From contig NC_081212.1 of the NCBI RefSeq assembly GCF_902713425.1, positions 10,036,261 through 10,100,260 of the forward strand: a stretch of DNA of 64,000 bases. The letters are read 5' to 3'. Origin of the DNA: Acipenser ruthenus. Its lineage: Eukaryota. This document shows positions 40,375 through 53,760 of this stretch, piece by piece. The notes below the pieces were generated by a model. It was not told the origin of the DNA. It ran no database searches and saw nothing but the letters and a program-made list of their open reading frames with translations. A program made the translations under genes and the position numbers. Every line of letters begins with the position of its first letter. The first letter of the stretch is position 1.

Positions 40375-40639
40375 TATTCCATGCGCAGTTGAGATCCCCA
40401 CCCTATAGCTGAATGCAATGGTTGTGAAGGGGTCTCTAGTAACAAGGTATCTGAGAAATAAGACACTACAGAATGCATCAAAATGCTTGCATTTGGTAGT
40501 CCTATCTGTATTTCTAATTTTGTTTAAACAATGTTTTTGTAACTAATAACATTTCAGATTATTTGTTTTAAAAACAAAATAGTAATACAATGTCAGACTT
40601 CCTCATGTAAATTTGAACTTGTTTGTTTCATGCAAGGTT

Positions 40640-42960
40640 TAAAAGATGGTGAGGGGGGATGGTAACAGAAAGTAAAGATATGTTAAATGTTGCAAAAAGG
40701 TTTTATGAAGAGTTATATATAAAAAGAGAAACAGAAAGATGTGCAGGATTTGTTTTTGAGGAAACTTGAGTGTGAAATAAGGAAGATAATACAGAGATTT
40801 AATACAACTGGGAATTGAAGTGAAAGAGTTTTCTTCATTTGGAAAGGGAAAGGCTCCAGGTTTAGACCGACTTCACATTGAATTTTATCAAACCTTCTGG
40901 GAAGAAAGATGCCAGAAAGATAATTTAATGGAAATGCTCAATGAATGTTTTGAAATGAAAAGGTTAGGGAAATCTGAGAGAAGACCCGATTATTTTTAAA
41001 TAAAATTAAGGGGACAGAAATTATTTGAGAAATTGGAGGCCAACTACCCTGTTAAAATTGTGATTATAAAAATGAACCAAAATAGTAATGGGCAGACTGC
41101 AACAGGTAACAGGAGAATTAATTAATCCGGATCAAGTGTGTGGTGGCCCGGGAAGAACGGTAGTTGATAATTTGAATTTAATAAGAGATACGTGTTTATA
41201 CTCAGAGAGAGAGAGGGCATCCTGTGTGTTTAATTAATATTGATCAAGAGAAAGCATACGACAGGGTAGACCAGGAGTATTTATATAAAGTTTTTGAACG
41301 TATGGGCTTTAATCCAATTTTTATAGACTGGGTTAAAATGCTTTTTCAAGAGGTCAAAGGAAGGGTGGTGGTTAATGGGATGTTGTCACAGTCGTTCCAG
41401 GTGAACTCAGGCGTAAGACAGGGGTGTCCTTTGTCGCCTCTGTTATACATTTTTGCATTAGAACCTGTGCTGACAAAGATAAGGAGATCAAAGCAAATAA
41501 CAGGGGTAATAATCCCAGGTTCAGGGCAGCAAGAAGTAAAGGTACTAGCTTATATGGATGATTTATCTCTGATTTGCAGAGATGATTACTCTGTTAGTAA
41601 AGCTTTGGATATAATGAGGTTATTCGAGAGAGCTTCCGGTTCAAAAATTAATATAGAAAAGAGTCATGCCATGTGTATAGGGGATTGGAAAGAGAAAGAC
41701 AAAATTAAGAAAGAATTAACGGTGGAAGAGGAGGGGATAAAGGGTTTGGGTGTTATGTATGATACAGATATTAATGTTATAAAAGGAACTGGGTGGAAGT
41801 TTCAGGGAAACTTAAGAAAAAAATATTGTATTGGAAGTAGAGAAAATTGACATTAGAAGGGAAATTATCAATTTTAAAAATGATTTTGATGCCTACCCTG
41901 TTATATGTAGCAAGGGTGTTTCCACCTGACTTTGCATCAAGTAGAACAATAACTAGACACCTGTTTAAGTTTCTTTGGGGAGGGGGATTTGAGAAAGTGA
42001 AAAGAGAAACGGTAATGTTACGAAGAAATCGGGGGGGAAAGGTTTTCCAAATGTAATATTATTTATGGCCTCACTTTCTTTGTTACATGATTAAAGCAGT
42101 TTTTGAAATTAAGAAACAGTTTGCTAGGTTTTATTTTGGACAGTTAAGAAAAATGGGCTTAGTAAAACTAACATACAGTGCCCTATGGTGAGAAGATGCC
42201 ATTTGTATATAGGAAGACAATGAATTTTATTGTGCAAAATAATTTGTGTAAAAAGAGGCGGAAGCCAAGTGGACAGCAAAAGAATTAATGAAAAAGACGG
42301 AGTCTGGTGGAAAGCTATGCAGAATAGGTCTTGAGTGATGAGAGATCAGAAATAACATGGGAAAATGTTAACTATTCAGGATTAAATAGACAAAGATATT
42401 GCATGGTTAACAGCGCAGGCAATGCCCTGTAAAAAATTGTTATATAGAAGACAAATGTCAAAGACAAATACATGTGTTAGGACACAGAGTGCATGGCCAT
42501 AGAAACACTTCAGCATGTGTTTTATGAATGTGGGAAAGAGTAAATAAATGGTCACGAAAAATTAGAGATCAAGACATGTGTTAATTTGATATTGTATGGA
42601 CCGAAAAGGAGGGATTCAAAACAAATAATATAAAAAGGATGGATAATTATAAACTGTAAAAGCAGCATTGTGGATTGTGAGAAATCAAGAAATGTACAAA
42701 TCAAAAAATGACAAATGTGAATGAATTTTGTAAAATTGTAAAGATTTGAGATTATGTATGTCTAGACATTAATGCCACTGGGAAATCTACATTACATGGA
42801 AAATGAATTAATTCTGCGATTCATTTTTGTAAGTAGTGAGATAGAAGATACGTGAAAGAGTATTGTTAAAAGATTGTTTGTTATGAATGTGTTTGTTTTG
42901 TTATTGACTATAATTTGATTTAAATTTTTATAATAAACTTTGTAACTGAGGCATGATCCT
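40640..42960 (+). mobile_element. Non-LTR (LINE) retrotransposon remnant: degenerate 5' RT (GKAPGLDRLHIEFY), intact RT core ORF 41224..41850 (FQVNSGVRQGCPLSPLLY; YMDDLSL), thumb (FKFLWGGGFEKVKRETVMLRRNRGG)
   Basis: Motif order is that of an L1/Tx1-like LINE RT. Confidence 0.65.
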
Positions 42961-43834
42961 TGCTAGTTGAAAACTTTAACCAATACCCCGCCGTGGTGAC
43001 TTGAAATATAGGGTAAGTGCACCTATTAAGCCCATGTACCCATTAAGCCCACTACCATGTTTGACTTCAAATAAAAAAGAAAAAAATATGATATGGGTCA
43101 TTCATCCAATAGGGTGCCTTTTGTGTCCCTGTGCCATATTTTGGTTAAAATAACTGATTATATTCAAAATAATTAACACATCATAAAGTATTAAGTAATT
43201 CCTATACAAAACCACTTGTAAAAACACACTACATAGCATTTAAAGTAAAAAAGGCAACAATATTTAAAGGAAAAATCAGCATTCTCCAATGTCCCTATTC
43301 ATCTTTTTACAAACTTCTTTAAGAATATAATTAATTAAATCCTAATGTATTTTTAAAATCTCACCAGTATTACAAAACACAACTAGTACATTGTTTTTCA
43401 ACTATAAATCTGTACAATCAATGTATATTTATTAATATAAATTGAACTATTTAGTGCTGTCCCTGAATCCACTGTCAACCCTGTTACCGGAGATAAAGCC
43501 CCTGCAGAACAATGAATTATTCCACAAGTCACATGATCTTCAGCATATGACATCATAATAAAGGAGGAAGACATAGGAAGCAACTTCAGGTATGTGTCTA
43601 AGCAGTTTTTCATATATTTTTTTTAAAGCTACTTTGTCTGGGTTCATAAGGTACTTTATAAATGTCAACTATGTTATGCGAAGTTAAGTAGAAAAAAAAT
43701 ATATATACAAAAATGTATAATTAGTTTAATAAACTCCAATAAAGCCTTCACCAGAAGCACACCATGTGCAGCCATGTGCTTTACCAAATTGGACATAAAG
43801 GGCAAACTTTGTTATGTAAGTCAACCCTGTTACT

Positions 43835-45872
43835 GGTCAACTCTGTTACATGTTTAGAGTAACAGAGTTGACTTAAGGTAACATTGTTGATTTAAGAAAT
43901 TACTATGACGTGGTTGTTGCTCATAATTTAATTATATTTAATTACATTTAAAGGTTAAAATTGATTAAAAACATAAATATGTTTATTTACAGGTAGATTT
44001 AGTTAAATGGCACTTACTGCTGCAGAAAAACAACGGCACTATTGTGCACGCCGTGATGCAGATCCATCAAAAAGACAAGAGTATTTGAAAAAAGAACGGC
44101 AGACATGGAAAGCAAGGAAAGAAGCAGGGAAGGTGAAGTCAGTGTCAGAACTTGGCGAAAGAGAGAAGCGTAGCAAAAGGAAATACTGGAGAAAAGCTCA
44201 GCAGAAGTGTAGGGAAAAGAAAGCAGCAATAGACTCCTTGGCAACACCTCCAGAAAGCCCAGGTGAGGTCCATCAGCCAGGACCTTCAAGGTTAGAGTAA
44301 GGCTACAGATTGAAAAACTGCATGCATCCTACATGTATTCGATTTTAAAATATTATTTTTGAATTTAATTGAAATTATTATTCATACTGGCTTTACATAT
44401 GTATTTAATATATTGTTGGCATAATGTATGCTTAAAAATACATTAATCTATGAACAAAATATGTATTTATTTTTATCATACTTTTTTTTTTTATAGGCAA
44501 CGCAATCGAAGAAGAAGAACATCTCAAAAGAGAAAAAAAGATACTTCAAGAATTGGAAGATCTAAAGGTTTCTTTCAAACAGCAAAAGAAAGTTTTGGAA
44601 AAATATAAAAAGCGGTACCAACGCTTGCTTTAGAAAAGTGAATCGCCTAGAGCTAAAACAAACAGGTTGCTGAAGAGCTTTCCTGCAGAAGATGCAGTTC
44701 GGAAAACACTTCTTTTCCATCATTCTTTGATCGAAGACATAAAATTAAAGTATCACACTTCCAGGAAAGAGAGAGAGAAGCAGATTCTATCAAAAATTGT
44801 TACTGGCAAAATAGTGAAAAAATATCGACTGCAGAAATTTGCTCAGGATTCATTTGGGTTTTCAAAGAAGCGATGGTAGAGTAACAAACAGACAAGTGAA
44901 AATGAATCCTTCACATTTGTAAGAAGAAAAGTAAGCAGAGTCACAGATGAGATTAAAATGTGGCCTCCTTTTATGTCAGAGATGACGTGAGCCAAATTAC
45001 TATGGGAAAGAAGCAAACTATTACTCAGAACAAAAGAAAAATGCAGAAGAGATTTCTGACTGACACCATGAAGAATCTTCATCGAAACTATCTATTGGAG
45101 AATCCAAATACATCGATGTCCTATGTCCTATCAAAATGTTATGTTTTCAAATTGAATTCTTACAGCGCTGTTGTGTACTATTATTATAAAGTTTGTATTT
45201 TTACATCAACAATGATAATATGTACATTTAAAAACATTATAGTTCCATATTAAAAACAACCTCCCCAAAAAAACTTACCTTGTTGTTTTGCAGTTGCATA
45301 GTTATACAGGTCTTGGCGTAGTTTCCAAAAATCAGCGGTTACTAATGTAAGACAACAGTCTGTTTATTGCAAATTGTAAATGCAAATATTTTTAGGACTG
45401 TATTACAATGACATTTGTGACTTCTATATCTGTGAAAGCCTGTTAAAAATAAACAAAATAACCACTGCACATACTGTCCTGTCAATTATGTTACTTTTGT
45501 CAATACTGTTACTATGTTGTCAACTATGTTACTTGCAAATATATTACTCCAAAATATTTAATTTTGACCTTTGTAGTAAACTAACTTGATTTATCCAATA
45601 GCAAAAGGTAAGAAAAAGATCAATCCTAAATGTTTTGTGAAAATTAAGCTGGTATCTGACAGTTTTATGTAAAAATGTCAGTGCTTAAAAGTTCTATTTG
45701 TAGATTCCGTAATATTATTGAGACTAAAAATGGAATTCTTTGATAATTATTTTTTATGCTTCAAGAATTGCATTTAGGGACATAGTATTTGTCTAAAAAT
45801 GTTTGAATTGAAATGTATACAGCTTAAACACTTTTTCAGAGAGTTACTTATGTGTCCGTAACAGAGTTGACG
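43835..45872 (+). mobile_element. Nested unclassified unit delimited by inverted GTCAACTCTGTTAC / GTAACAGAGTTGAC motifs, carrying K/R/E-rich ORFs (44007..44300, 44667..44879, 44960..45253)
   Basis: Inverted motifs at 43835-43848 and 45859-45872 (also 43457-43470); ORF track. Confidence 0.3.
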
Positions 45873-46929
45873 CAAAATATAGTTTAAACAGGAATTTATG
45901 GCTTTTAATTTACAGATTTTCTGTTGTTAAGCTTGGCAAAAGTTTTTTTTGGTTCATTTTAAATGTTCTGTTTATGATAGAAAATGTTTATTTCCCCAAA
46001 TACACACTGATTTTCATTTTTTTCACAAGGTCCAAAAGGCACCCTATTGGAAGAATGACCCATATGTTCTGCTGCTTGATTTCTCCACCAATGCATGCAT
46101 TTGTTTTTTCTATACCAGTTTTTATTTTAAGCCAATGAGATGTGTGTTTATTAAGATATGGTTTACCATGTGCCGTCACTTCCTAGTAGCCATTTTGAAA
46201 GTGAAGAAAAAACTTTGCTGTGGAGGCGACCCCCAGAAAAACACTTTTTTCACATCTTTTGAGTTTCTTTTGGGGTAAGTACCAATACTTAATGTAAATT
46301 TAAGAGATTAATGTTCTTAAATATGCATAGTAAAACTGAGAACAATGATATTAATAATAGTTTCCAGCTAAATCAAAAGATTGCATTAGAGAGGTAGCGA
46401 TAGTACCACATGGCACAGTCTACATGCTAGGGAAATAAGGTAGTGTGCGACACCAATATAATACATCAGAAGTATTATTGGCTTGCATTTTCCAAAGCAT
46501 TTTGTCCTATATTAATCTTAAATTAACCTTGAATAGTTGTAATTGTCTATAGTTTTTGTAAAATTCACAATTCTCAGGTGGGCTTAAAGGGTACAGTGCC
46601 ACAAAAAACAGTGTCTGAGTAGAATGTAAATGAAAATAAGATTAACTTATTAAATTATGATCAATATTAATTTGCATAATGTTGTAGTCTACAGTATTTA
46701 TTTATAGCCCAGACAATTGGTTTCTAAATACATAATAGGTAGAGTTTTATACAATGTCTTTTTTACCAAAAACTGCCGCTGTTCCAATTAAGCCCAGTGC
46801 GCTCCTTTTAAGCCCACTTACATAGACTGTATATAAAATGTATGTTAACAGAATATAATCATATTTTGATTGGAAACATGTAGATTTAATCTAAAAAAAT
46901 AGCTAAAATGTTACTTTTACAGCTTTAAG

Positions 46930-48954
46930 ATGGCTAAGGTACGAAGAAACTACAGTTCGTGCCCACGCATGTTAGAGGCATGTCGCCTTTACCGAGAGGG
47001 TACAGTTAGCAACCTGTCTGCACTGTCCAAGAAATTTGGAGTGGACAGGAAATCCTTGAGGCAGAGAGTGACGAATGACATAAGGGTTGAGGCACATCAG
47101 GGACATAAGACCTACCTCAGTACAGAGACAGAGAGGGAGATTTCAGGCTGTCTTCAGGTAGGATAGCCTATAGTAAGCTAAGTTAAACCATATAGCCTAG
47201 GTAAACAAGAATAGGAGTAAGGCAGTTGTTAGGCAGTGTGTAAGGAAATTAGGCACTAAATACCAATTAGAAATATGAATTGATTAAAGCCCTTGTTTTA
47301 AATTTACCAGTTTTCCCCCTCTATCATTTGTAGGTCCTTTGCCAGTGAGGTTGGGGCTTCACAAAATCAGATCTTTTAGATCTAGTTGAAGAGTATGTGA
47401 AGACTAAGGATATGGAGACCCCATTCACAAATGGGAGACCTGGACGGAAGTGGTTTGAGAGGTTTATGAGAGACCACCCAGAGCTTACAGTGCGAAAGTC
47501 TGAGCAGTTTCCAGAAGCAAGAGCCAAGGCATCTGTTGACTCATCAGTACATGCCCACTGGTTCAACCAAGTGCTTGGAAAGGCAATGGATGACACAAAG
47601 CTGCATGACAAACCACAAAATATATATATAATGTGGATGAAACAGGCTTTGACTGACCCCAGCTCTGAGAAGGTCCTAGCCCCTAAGGGCTTGAAAAATG
47701 TCTACCAAAACACAGGAGGGAGTGGTAGAGAGCAAATCACAGTGTGCATTACTGGGAATGCTGCAGGCCAGAGCCTACCCCCCTATGTAGTGTACAAAGG
47801 AAAAAACCTTTACAGCACCTGGTGTAAGGATGGTCCTGAATCGGCCAGGTATGCGGTGTCTGATCATGGGTGGATGGAGAGAGCACTATTTGAGGACTAC
47901 TTCCAAAACCTCTTCTTGAAAGAATCCTCAAAATGGTCTGACATGAGCTCTCCACGGATCCTCATTTTTGATGGCCACGCCTCCCACATCTCCCTGAGAA
48001 TTGCTGAAATGGCAAAAGAAAACAATGTGGTGCTCCTGCGACTCCCCTCTCACCTCACCCACATTCTGCAACCTTTGGACAAGGCAGTGTTTGGGGAGGT
48101 GAAGAGGCAGTGGAGAAAGAAACTACGATGTCACTCACGAGTCTCCAGGGACAAAATCAGGAAAGAAGATTTTCCTTCGAAGTTGAGTGATGTCTTGGAG
48201 ACAGCTATGAAGTCCGAGAACCTGAAGAGTGGCTTTGGGAGCACCGGGATTTATCCCTTGAACCCTGATCGAGTGAGCAGCGAGGTGACAGAGTTACACA
48301 CCATACACTGAAGTGGCTGCTGGCAATGCTGATTCACTGGAGGATCTTACCATACAACTGCCCCTTCTCAAAGCCATGCCAGCGAGGAGTACACCTGACA
48401 CCTTAGTTGTGTCTCCCCCAGCACAATCATGTTCATTACCCTTGCAGACATCTGCCAATGAGGAATCCATGTCCCAGATCATCCTGAGTGTAGAAACCAT
48501 CCCTGGTTCCAACTTTCTAAACATTACTAACATTGAAGTGGCAAGTCATCCACATGAGCAAATGTCAGCACCCCAGCCATCAACTTCAGCACAGTCAAGC
48601 TCGTCTGCCATTGACAAAGACACCATCAAGGATTTCTTTCTAAAACGAATCACACCACGCAATAAAGAAAACATCAAGAAGCAGAGAATCACAACCCTTA
48701 AATATGGGGAATCGCTGACATCTGCTCAAGCCATGGCCAGGCTTGCTGAGAATAAAAAGAAGAGAATGGCAAGAAATAAGAAAAAACAGGTCAAGAAAGG
48801 AAAGACGACAACACAGAAAAAAGGAGATGCGCCAAAACCAGTTGAACCAACTGAGGATGGCAGCAATGAAGATGCAAAATCACATGGCGATCCCCCCTTC
48901 ACCATCAAAAAAGATGTATACTATGCTGTAATGTTTACATCACCTGCAGCTTAA
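46930..48954 (+). pseudogene. pogo/Tigger-type transposase: psq-type HTH (46930..47160), 213-bp intron-like gap with GT..AG, HTH_Tc5 plus DDE_1 domain (47380..48311; DETG motif shifted to another frame at ~47625; ...ILIFDGHASH...LPSHLTHILQPLD), K/E-rich C-terminus (48313..48954)
   Basis: CENP-B/Tigger-type domain order; frameshift in the atatatata slip region; gap bounded by CAG|gtagga and ttttag|A. Confidence 0.6.
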
Positions 48955-50909
48955 TACATTGGAAGATCCATTAATGAGTCCACACCCCCTGAGGGAGAAA
49001 GATATGTGATGAAGTTTCTTAACAGAGGGCCAGACAACACATATTTTATGCCTCCAAGGGACAAAATTGAAGATGTGGAGAGAAGATTCATACTCTGCAA
49101 GGCAGAACTGGAGGGTGCTGGACCATTCCGCTTGAAGAACCATCATGAGATTGAAAGTCAATACAGAAATATGCTTAAAGCAATGAAATAGAGCAAGTCA
49201 AGATGTAGCCTAGAATGGCAAGTCAATGTTAATAAAAGCTGCCACAAAAGCAGAGATTCTGTAGTGCAAATGATAAAGAATGACTGTATTCTAAATGATA
49301 GATTAACCTTGTTCTTTTTCACTGGTTTGGAATACACTAACATGTTATAAGATGTTGCAAACCTGTGTTTTGTATGATGACCATTTTAAATGTTTTAGGC
49401 CGCTTGCATGATGTATTGAAATTACTTTTATGAATTGATTTTAACAGTTAACACTGTTTTCCTGTGAAGGAAATGTATTCAATAGACTTTTTAATGTTTT
49501 AGACCTATTAATTAAAATAGATTTATTGACAAAAATCATGTAGTGGGCTTATTTGGAACATACATGGGCTTAAATGGTACATCAGGTACCCATTAAGGCC
49601 AGTCGGGACTTTTCACTAATATATCTATTTTTTATTTTGAAAATATAAAAATGGAGTAATATAACTTCACATGAGAGATTAATCTTTCATTTTCTCATCA
49701 CTTCTCTTCCAGAAACCAGTGAATTATATCTTTAAAATGTCTCAACTTAGATTTTGGTGGGCTTAAAAAGGTACACATACCCTAGTCGCCGCTGGCAATT
49801 TTTGACAGTCTCACAGGAGTCTGCTATCATGTAGTTGAAAGAACAGAACAAATGTTGACGCTTTGACATTCTGGGTTTGGTTTTGTATTCTACTGATTGG
49901 GCACAACATTTGAGTTGATCTTTTTACTCTTTATAACATACAAGTGTATTTACAAGGTTAGGGGCCGTTTCTCCTGTTGTGTCAATTATATTACTATGCA
50001 GCTGGCAGGCATTCGGAACGCGCACGCTAACAACGCGTCATCTTTCATTTTACAAAACACGGGGCATTCGACACGGAGAAAACCTTCTAGACAACTACTA
50101 AAAGAGCTAAACATCAATTTGCCTCCCCAGCCATGTTAATAGATATCTGGCTTTTTTCCAGTAGCATTAAAGTTGTGGTGACACACAAAAAAGAAACATG
50201 GAAATCTGTTTTGGGGTTGGGGAGTTAACCTACCAAACAATTTACGCACATGAATATACTGTAACGGAACCTGGTAGGTAGGGAACAGTGGGAAGCACCA
50301 TGAAACAGCTATAATCAAAAAGGGATATCTTTTACTTTTAAAAGTATAAAAATGATCTGGGTAACACAGGCAAAGTGGACAATGGTAGAAAAACAATTAC
50401 AACAACCAACAAAAATGTTTGATCCAGTCAGTTCTCGTAGAACAAGTCAAATTAACTGAAGGCCTAACTGTAATATGGTAAATTACCATACATACAGCAA
50501 TTAACCAAACTTCAATATAAAGTAATCAAATATTACATTTAAAACCAATATGTGCAACTAAAATAAAACTTGTGTTGGTACACAAATTAATATTCAAATC
50601 GTGAGAAAAACCACACATTCAAAAGACAGCACTTCAATGCAAAACGATCACACACACATTAATTATAAACACAAGTTAGATTAATTGCTGTATGGATAAT
50701 TGGCAAAATAGCAACTCAATCACTAGGCACAATTGCAGAGTATCACCTAGCGGAGAGTGGCGTTTTTAATAAGTACCCAGTTTTGGTAGTCAGTTTACAA
50801 ATACAATACTATCAGTAATTCATAAACCATTCAGTGCAAATCAGCAGCAGTAAAAGTTGCATTTAAGCAAGCCCAATTATCAGGCATTTCAGCAGTACAT
50901 TTCAGCATA

Positions 50910-51140
50910 GGAGGCTGTGTGGTCCAGTGGTTAAAGAAAAGGGCTTGGAACCAGGAGGTCCCTGGTTCAAATCCCACCTCAGCTACTGACTCATTGTGTG
51001 AACCTGAGCAAGTCACTTAACCTCCTTGTGCGCCGTCTTTCGGGTGGGACGTAATTGTAAGCGACTCTGCAGCTGATGCATAGCTCACACACCCTAGTCT
51101 CTGTAAGTCGCCTTGGATAAAGGCGTCTGCTAAATAAACA

Positions 51141-51176
<36 letters not shown>
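50910..51176 (+). mobile_element. tRNA-derived SINE (GGAGGCTGTGTGGTCCAGTGGTTAAAG...GGTTCAAATCCCACC...gtcgccttggataaaggcgtctgctaaataa + (AAT)n) inserted in the 3' LTR
   Basis: Absent from the homologous position of the 5' LTR copy (58389/58390). Confidence 0.8.
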
Positions 51177-51181
<5 letters not shown>

Positions 51182-51815
51182 ACCCTGCTTATTTGTTTGA
51201 GAACAATAAATACATTAGGAGGTAGGTAACAGATTCAAATGTCCACAGTTACCAGTTTGCTATTACACATAACCCAGCAAAAAGATAACACAAGGAAAGA
51301 AAACAAATAAAATACAGAAAGAAAACTTCCCTTCAATGACAAGTCCCCCCCCCCCCCCCAAAAGAGTCTCGCACAGCGCACAGTTTGATTCAGTTAGTTT
51401 AGTTACGTTTCAGTTCCGCAGGCAGCGCCGAACCCCGTCAGCGGCCCCTCAGCAGCAACAAAAACCAAACGGGAGTCAAAACCCCCAAAATCAGCTCTCG
51501 TAGTCCATCCTGTACATTGCTTTTATTCAGTTTGTTTCTAATTATTCAACAAGTATGCTGTCATTGGTCATAATGCTCAGTCCAATGTTTCAATCAATGC
51601 ATGACCAAGCCAGCTGCCTCATAACACTTCCCCCTCCTGAAGAGAAAAAAAAGGAAGCGTCCCAACATCCCAATTAAGAAATAACATAATCTTGAGCCCA
51701 CCTAGGTGGTCTCTGTTGACGAGCAGGCAGTACAGGTATGGGAATCCCAATTGGGTTTGTTACCTGTGCAGTCCCGGAGCCGTTGGCTCCTGGTAATGTT
51801 CCAGGTAGCGCAGTA

Positions 51816-53325
51816 CTATGTCCAGCATTGGGTTGTCCAATATTGTCCATAGCAAAGGAATGGGGGGGGGGGTCTTTGGAGTCCAATGCCCAGGTCAGGT
51901 CTAGGAGGATTAGGTAGTCGCATCAGATACTCTTTCCAGAACCTTAAAAAGGGGCCTTTAAACCTTCTTTGAAGTTTCGGACACACTCCTCTTTTCCATG
52001 CTTGTTCTTTCACCCAAACCAACTCACCCACCGAGTAATATTGAGAGGAGGCTTTGAAGTCATAGATCTCCTTTTGATGGCCTGATGCTTTTTCCTGGTG
52101 CCTCTGGACTACTTCTGTAACTGTTTGTAAACCCTCAGCCAATCTAGACACATTCACTGCAGAATTCATACTCTGAGGGTTTCAAATTTAACATGACGTC
52201 AACAGGGAGGGCGATTTCTCTTCCAAATAACTCTATACGGGGTAAATCCAGTACTGGATTGAACACTACTCCTATATGCCTGGATTGAACACTACTCCTA
52301 TATGCCATCATTAAATATGGTAGCAATTCATCCCAGTTCGTTTGGTTGGAGTCTACAAAACAGAGACATCATAGCAGTAAGGGTACGGTTAAATCATTCG
52401 ACAAGCCCATCCGATTGCAGATAAGACGAGGTCCTAGAGTTATTTAATTTCTAACATTTCACCAAACAAATTGGATTCAAAGTTTCTCCCCTGATCTGCA
52501 TGTATAGATCGTGGGGTTCCAAAACAGCAAATAACGTGTTCTACTAGTACCCTAGCCACCGTAATTGCTTCTTGATTGGGGAGTGGAAAAGCTTCTGTCC
52601 ATTTTGAAAAAATTTACTTGTTCCCACTAGTAGTGACAGGAAGAGTGCCTAAAATATCTAAAGCCAAACATTCCATGGGTCTAGAAGTTTTAGAAGTGCA
52701 TAATGGCACACAGGGGGCCTTGCCTGGAGCTTTTCTAGATGCACAATCTAGGCATTCTCTACACCACTTTTTTACATCACCAGACCACCCGGGCCAGAAG
52801 AAACAAGTCCTTATCTTTCCCTGTAGTTTCTCTCTACCAAAATGACCTCCTGTGATATTATGCAGCATCTTAATTAAGTATGGAGGGTTTCAGCAGCCTG
52901 GGGAGAACCACCTGTACATCTGAAATTGAATTTGGATGAGGGGGCGGTACCCTTACCAGCAGCTGTTCTTGAAACTAATTGGTCCCACACACCCCTACAA
53001 ACTTTTTCAGAATGGGGTGGGTCTTCAATTGTTCCAGCGTATCGACCCTTGCTTCCATCTTCCACTGGTGCAGCAGGTTAACATCTGGGTCTTCCTTCTG
53101 GGCTTTTTCAAAGTCCCACTCCTGTTCCATCAATCCAGCTGTTGATGGACGTCCCTCTGCATCCATTATGTTCACTGCAACCACTTCCAGCGAGACAACA
53201 GAGTCCGCGTCCCGGCGCTCCTCTCCTACACCTACAGTAGGGATCCTCAAAACAGCATCTGCGTTCTGGTGCAGTCTTCCTGGTCTGTGTATAAGGCGAT
53301 ACAGGAAAGAGGCGAGGCGTTCCAT
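51816..53325 (-). pseudogene. gypsy integrase region in pieces (HHCC finger and core in 52614..52868; C-terminal GELVWVKEQAWKRG...KLQRRFKGPF in 51816..52169) with a 26-bp tandem duplication at 52248-52300
   Basis: ORF track motifs. Confidence 0.6.
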
Positions 53326-53366
53326 CCACCGTGCAAGCTGTCCTTAGAGTAGAACAAACTCTTTAC

Positions 53367-53760
53367 CTAAAAGGCAATGCTGGAAGTACTGTACAAATGT
53401 GTTATCATTGCCAATAGTTCCTTTATAGTTGTAGCATATTGTTGCTCTTGCTTTGTGAGGGCACGGCTTGCATAGGCAACAACTGGTTCACACCCCTCTT
53501 GCGATAGAACCGCTCCTATTCCAGTATCGCTAGCGTCAGTATCTAAAATGAAGACCTTTTTAGGGTCTGGGTATGCTAAAACCGGGGCAGTCATCAGACT
53601 AGTTAATAGATCAAAAGCTTCCTGGCAGCCATTGTCCCACTTAAATTAGATTTTTTTTCTGTCAAATGGTGTAGAGGGTGGGCGATCATAGCAAAGTCCA
53701 CGATAAACCTCCTATAATAGGAAACCAACCCCACTGTGGCGACCGCCACATAAATGATGT
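53367..53760 (-). pseudogene. gypsy RNase H (FILDTDASDTGIGAVLSQ) and RT-RH tether (GLVSYYRRFIVDFAMIAHPLHHLTEKK)
   Basis: ORF 53367..53594 plus hand translation of 53600-53760. Confidence 0.6.

Larger units (their letters stand above)
42965..49800 (+). mobile_element. Composite pogo/Tigger-like DNA-transposon cluster bounded by imperfect inverted termini (left ...TAGGGTAAGTGCACCTATTAAGCCC, right GGGCTTAAAAAGGTACACATACCCTA...) with subterminal TTAAGCCC-type repeats. Probably two related units, 42965-46640 and 46770-49800
   Basis: Inverted matches 42990-43050/49535-49600 and 42975-43015/49750-49800; internal inverted TTAAGCCC motifs at 46590 and 46780-46820. Confidence 0.4.
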
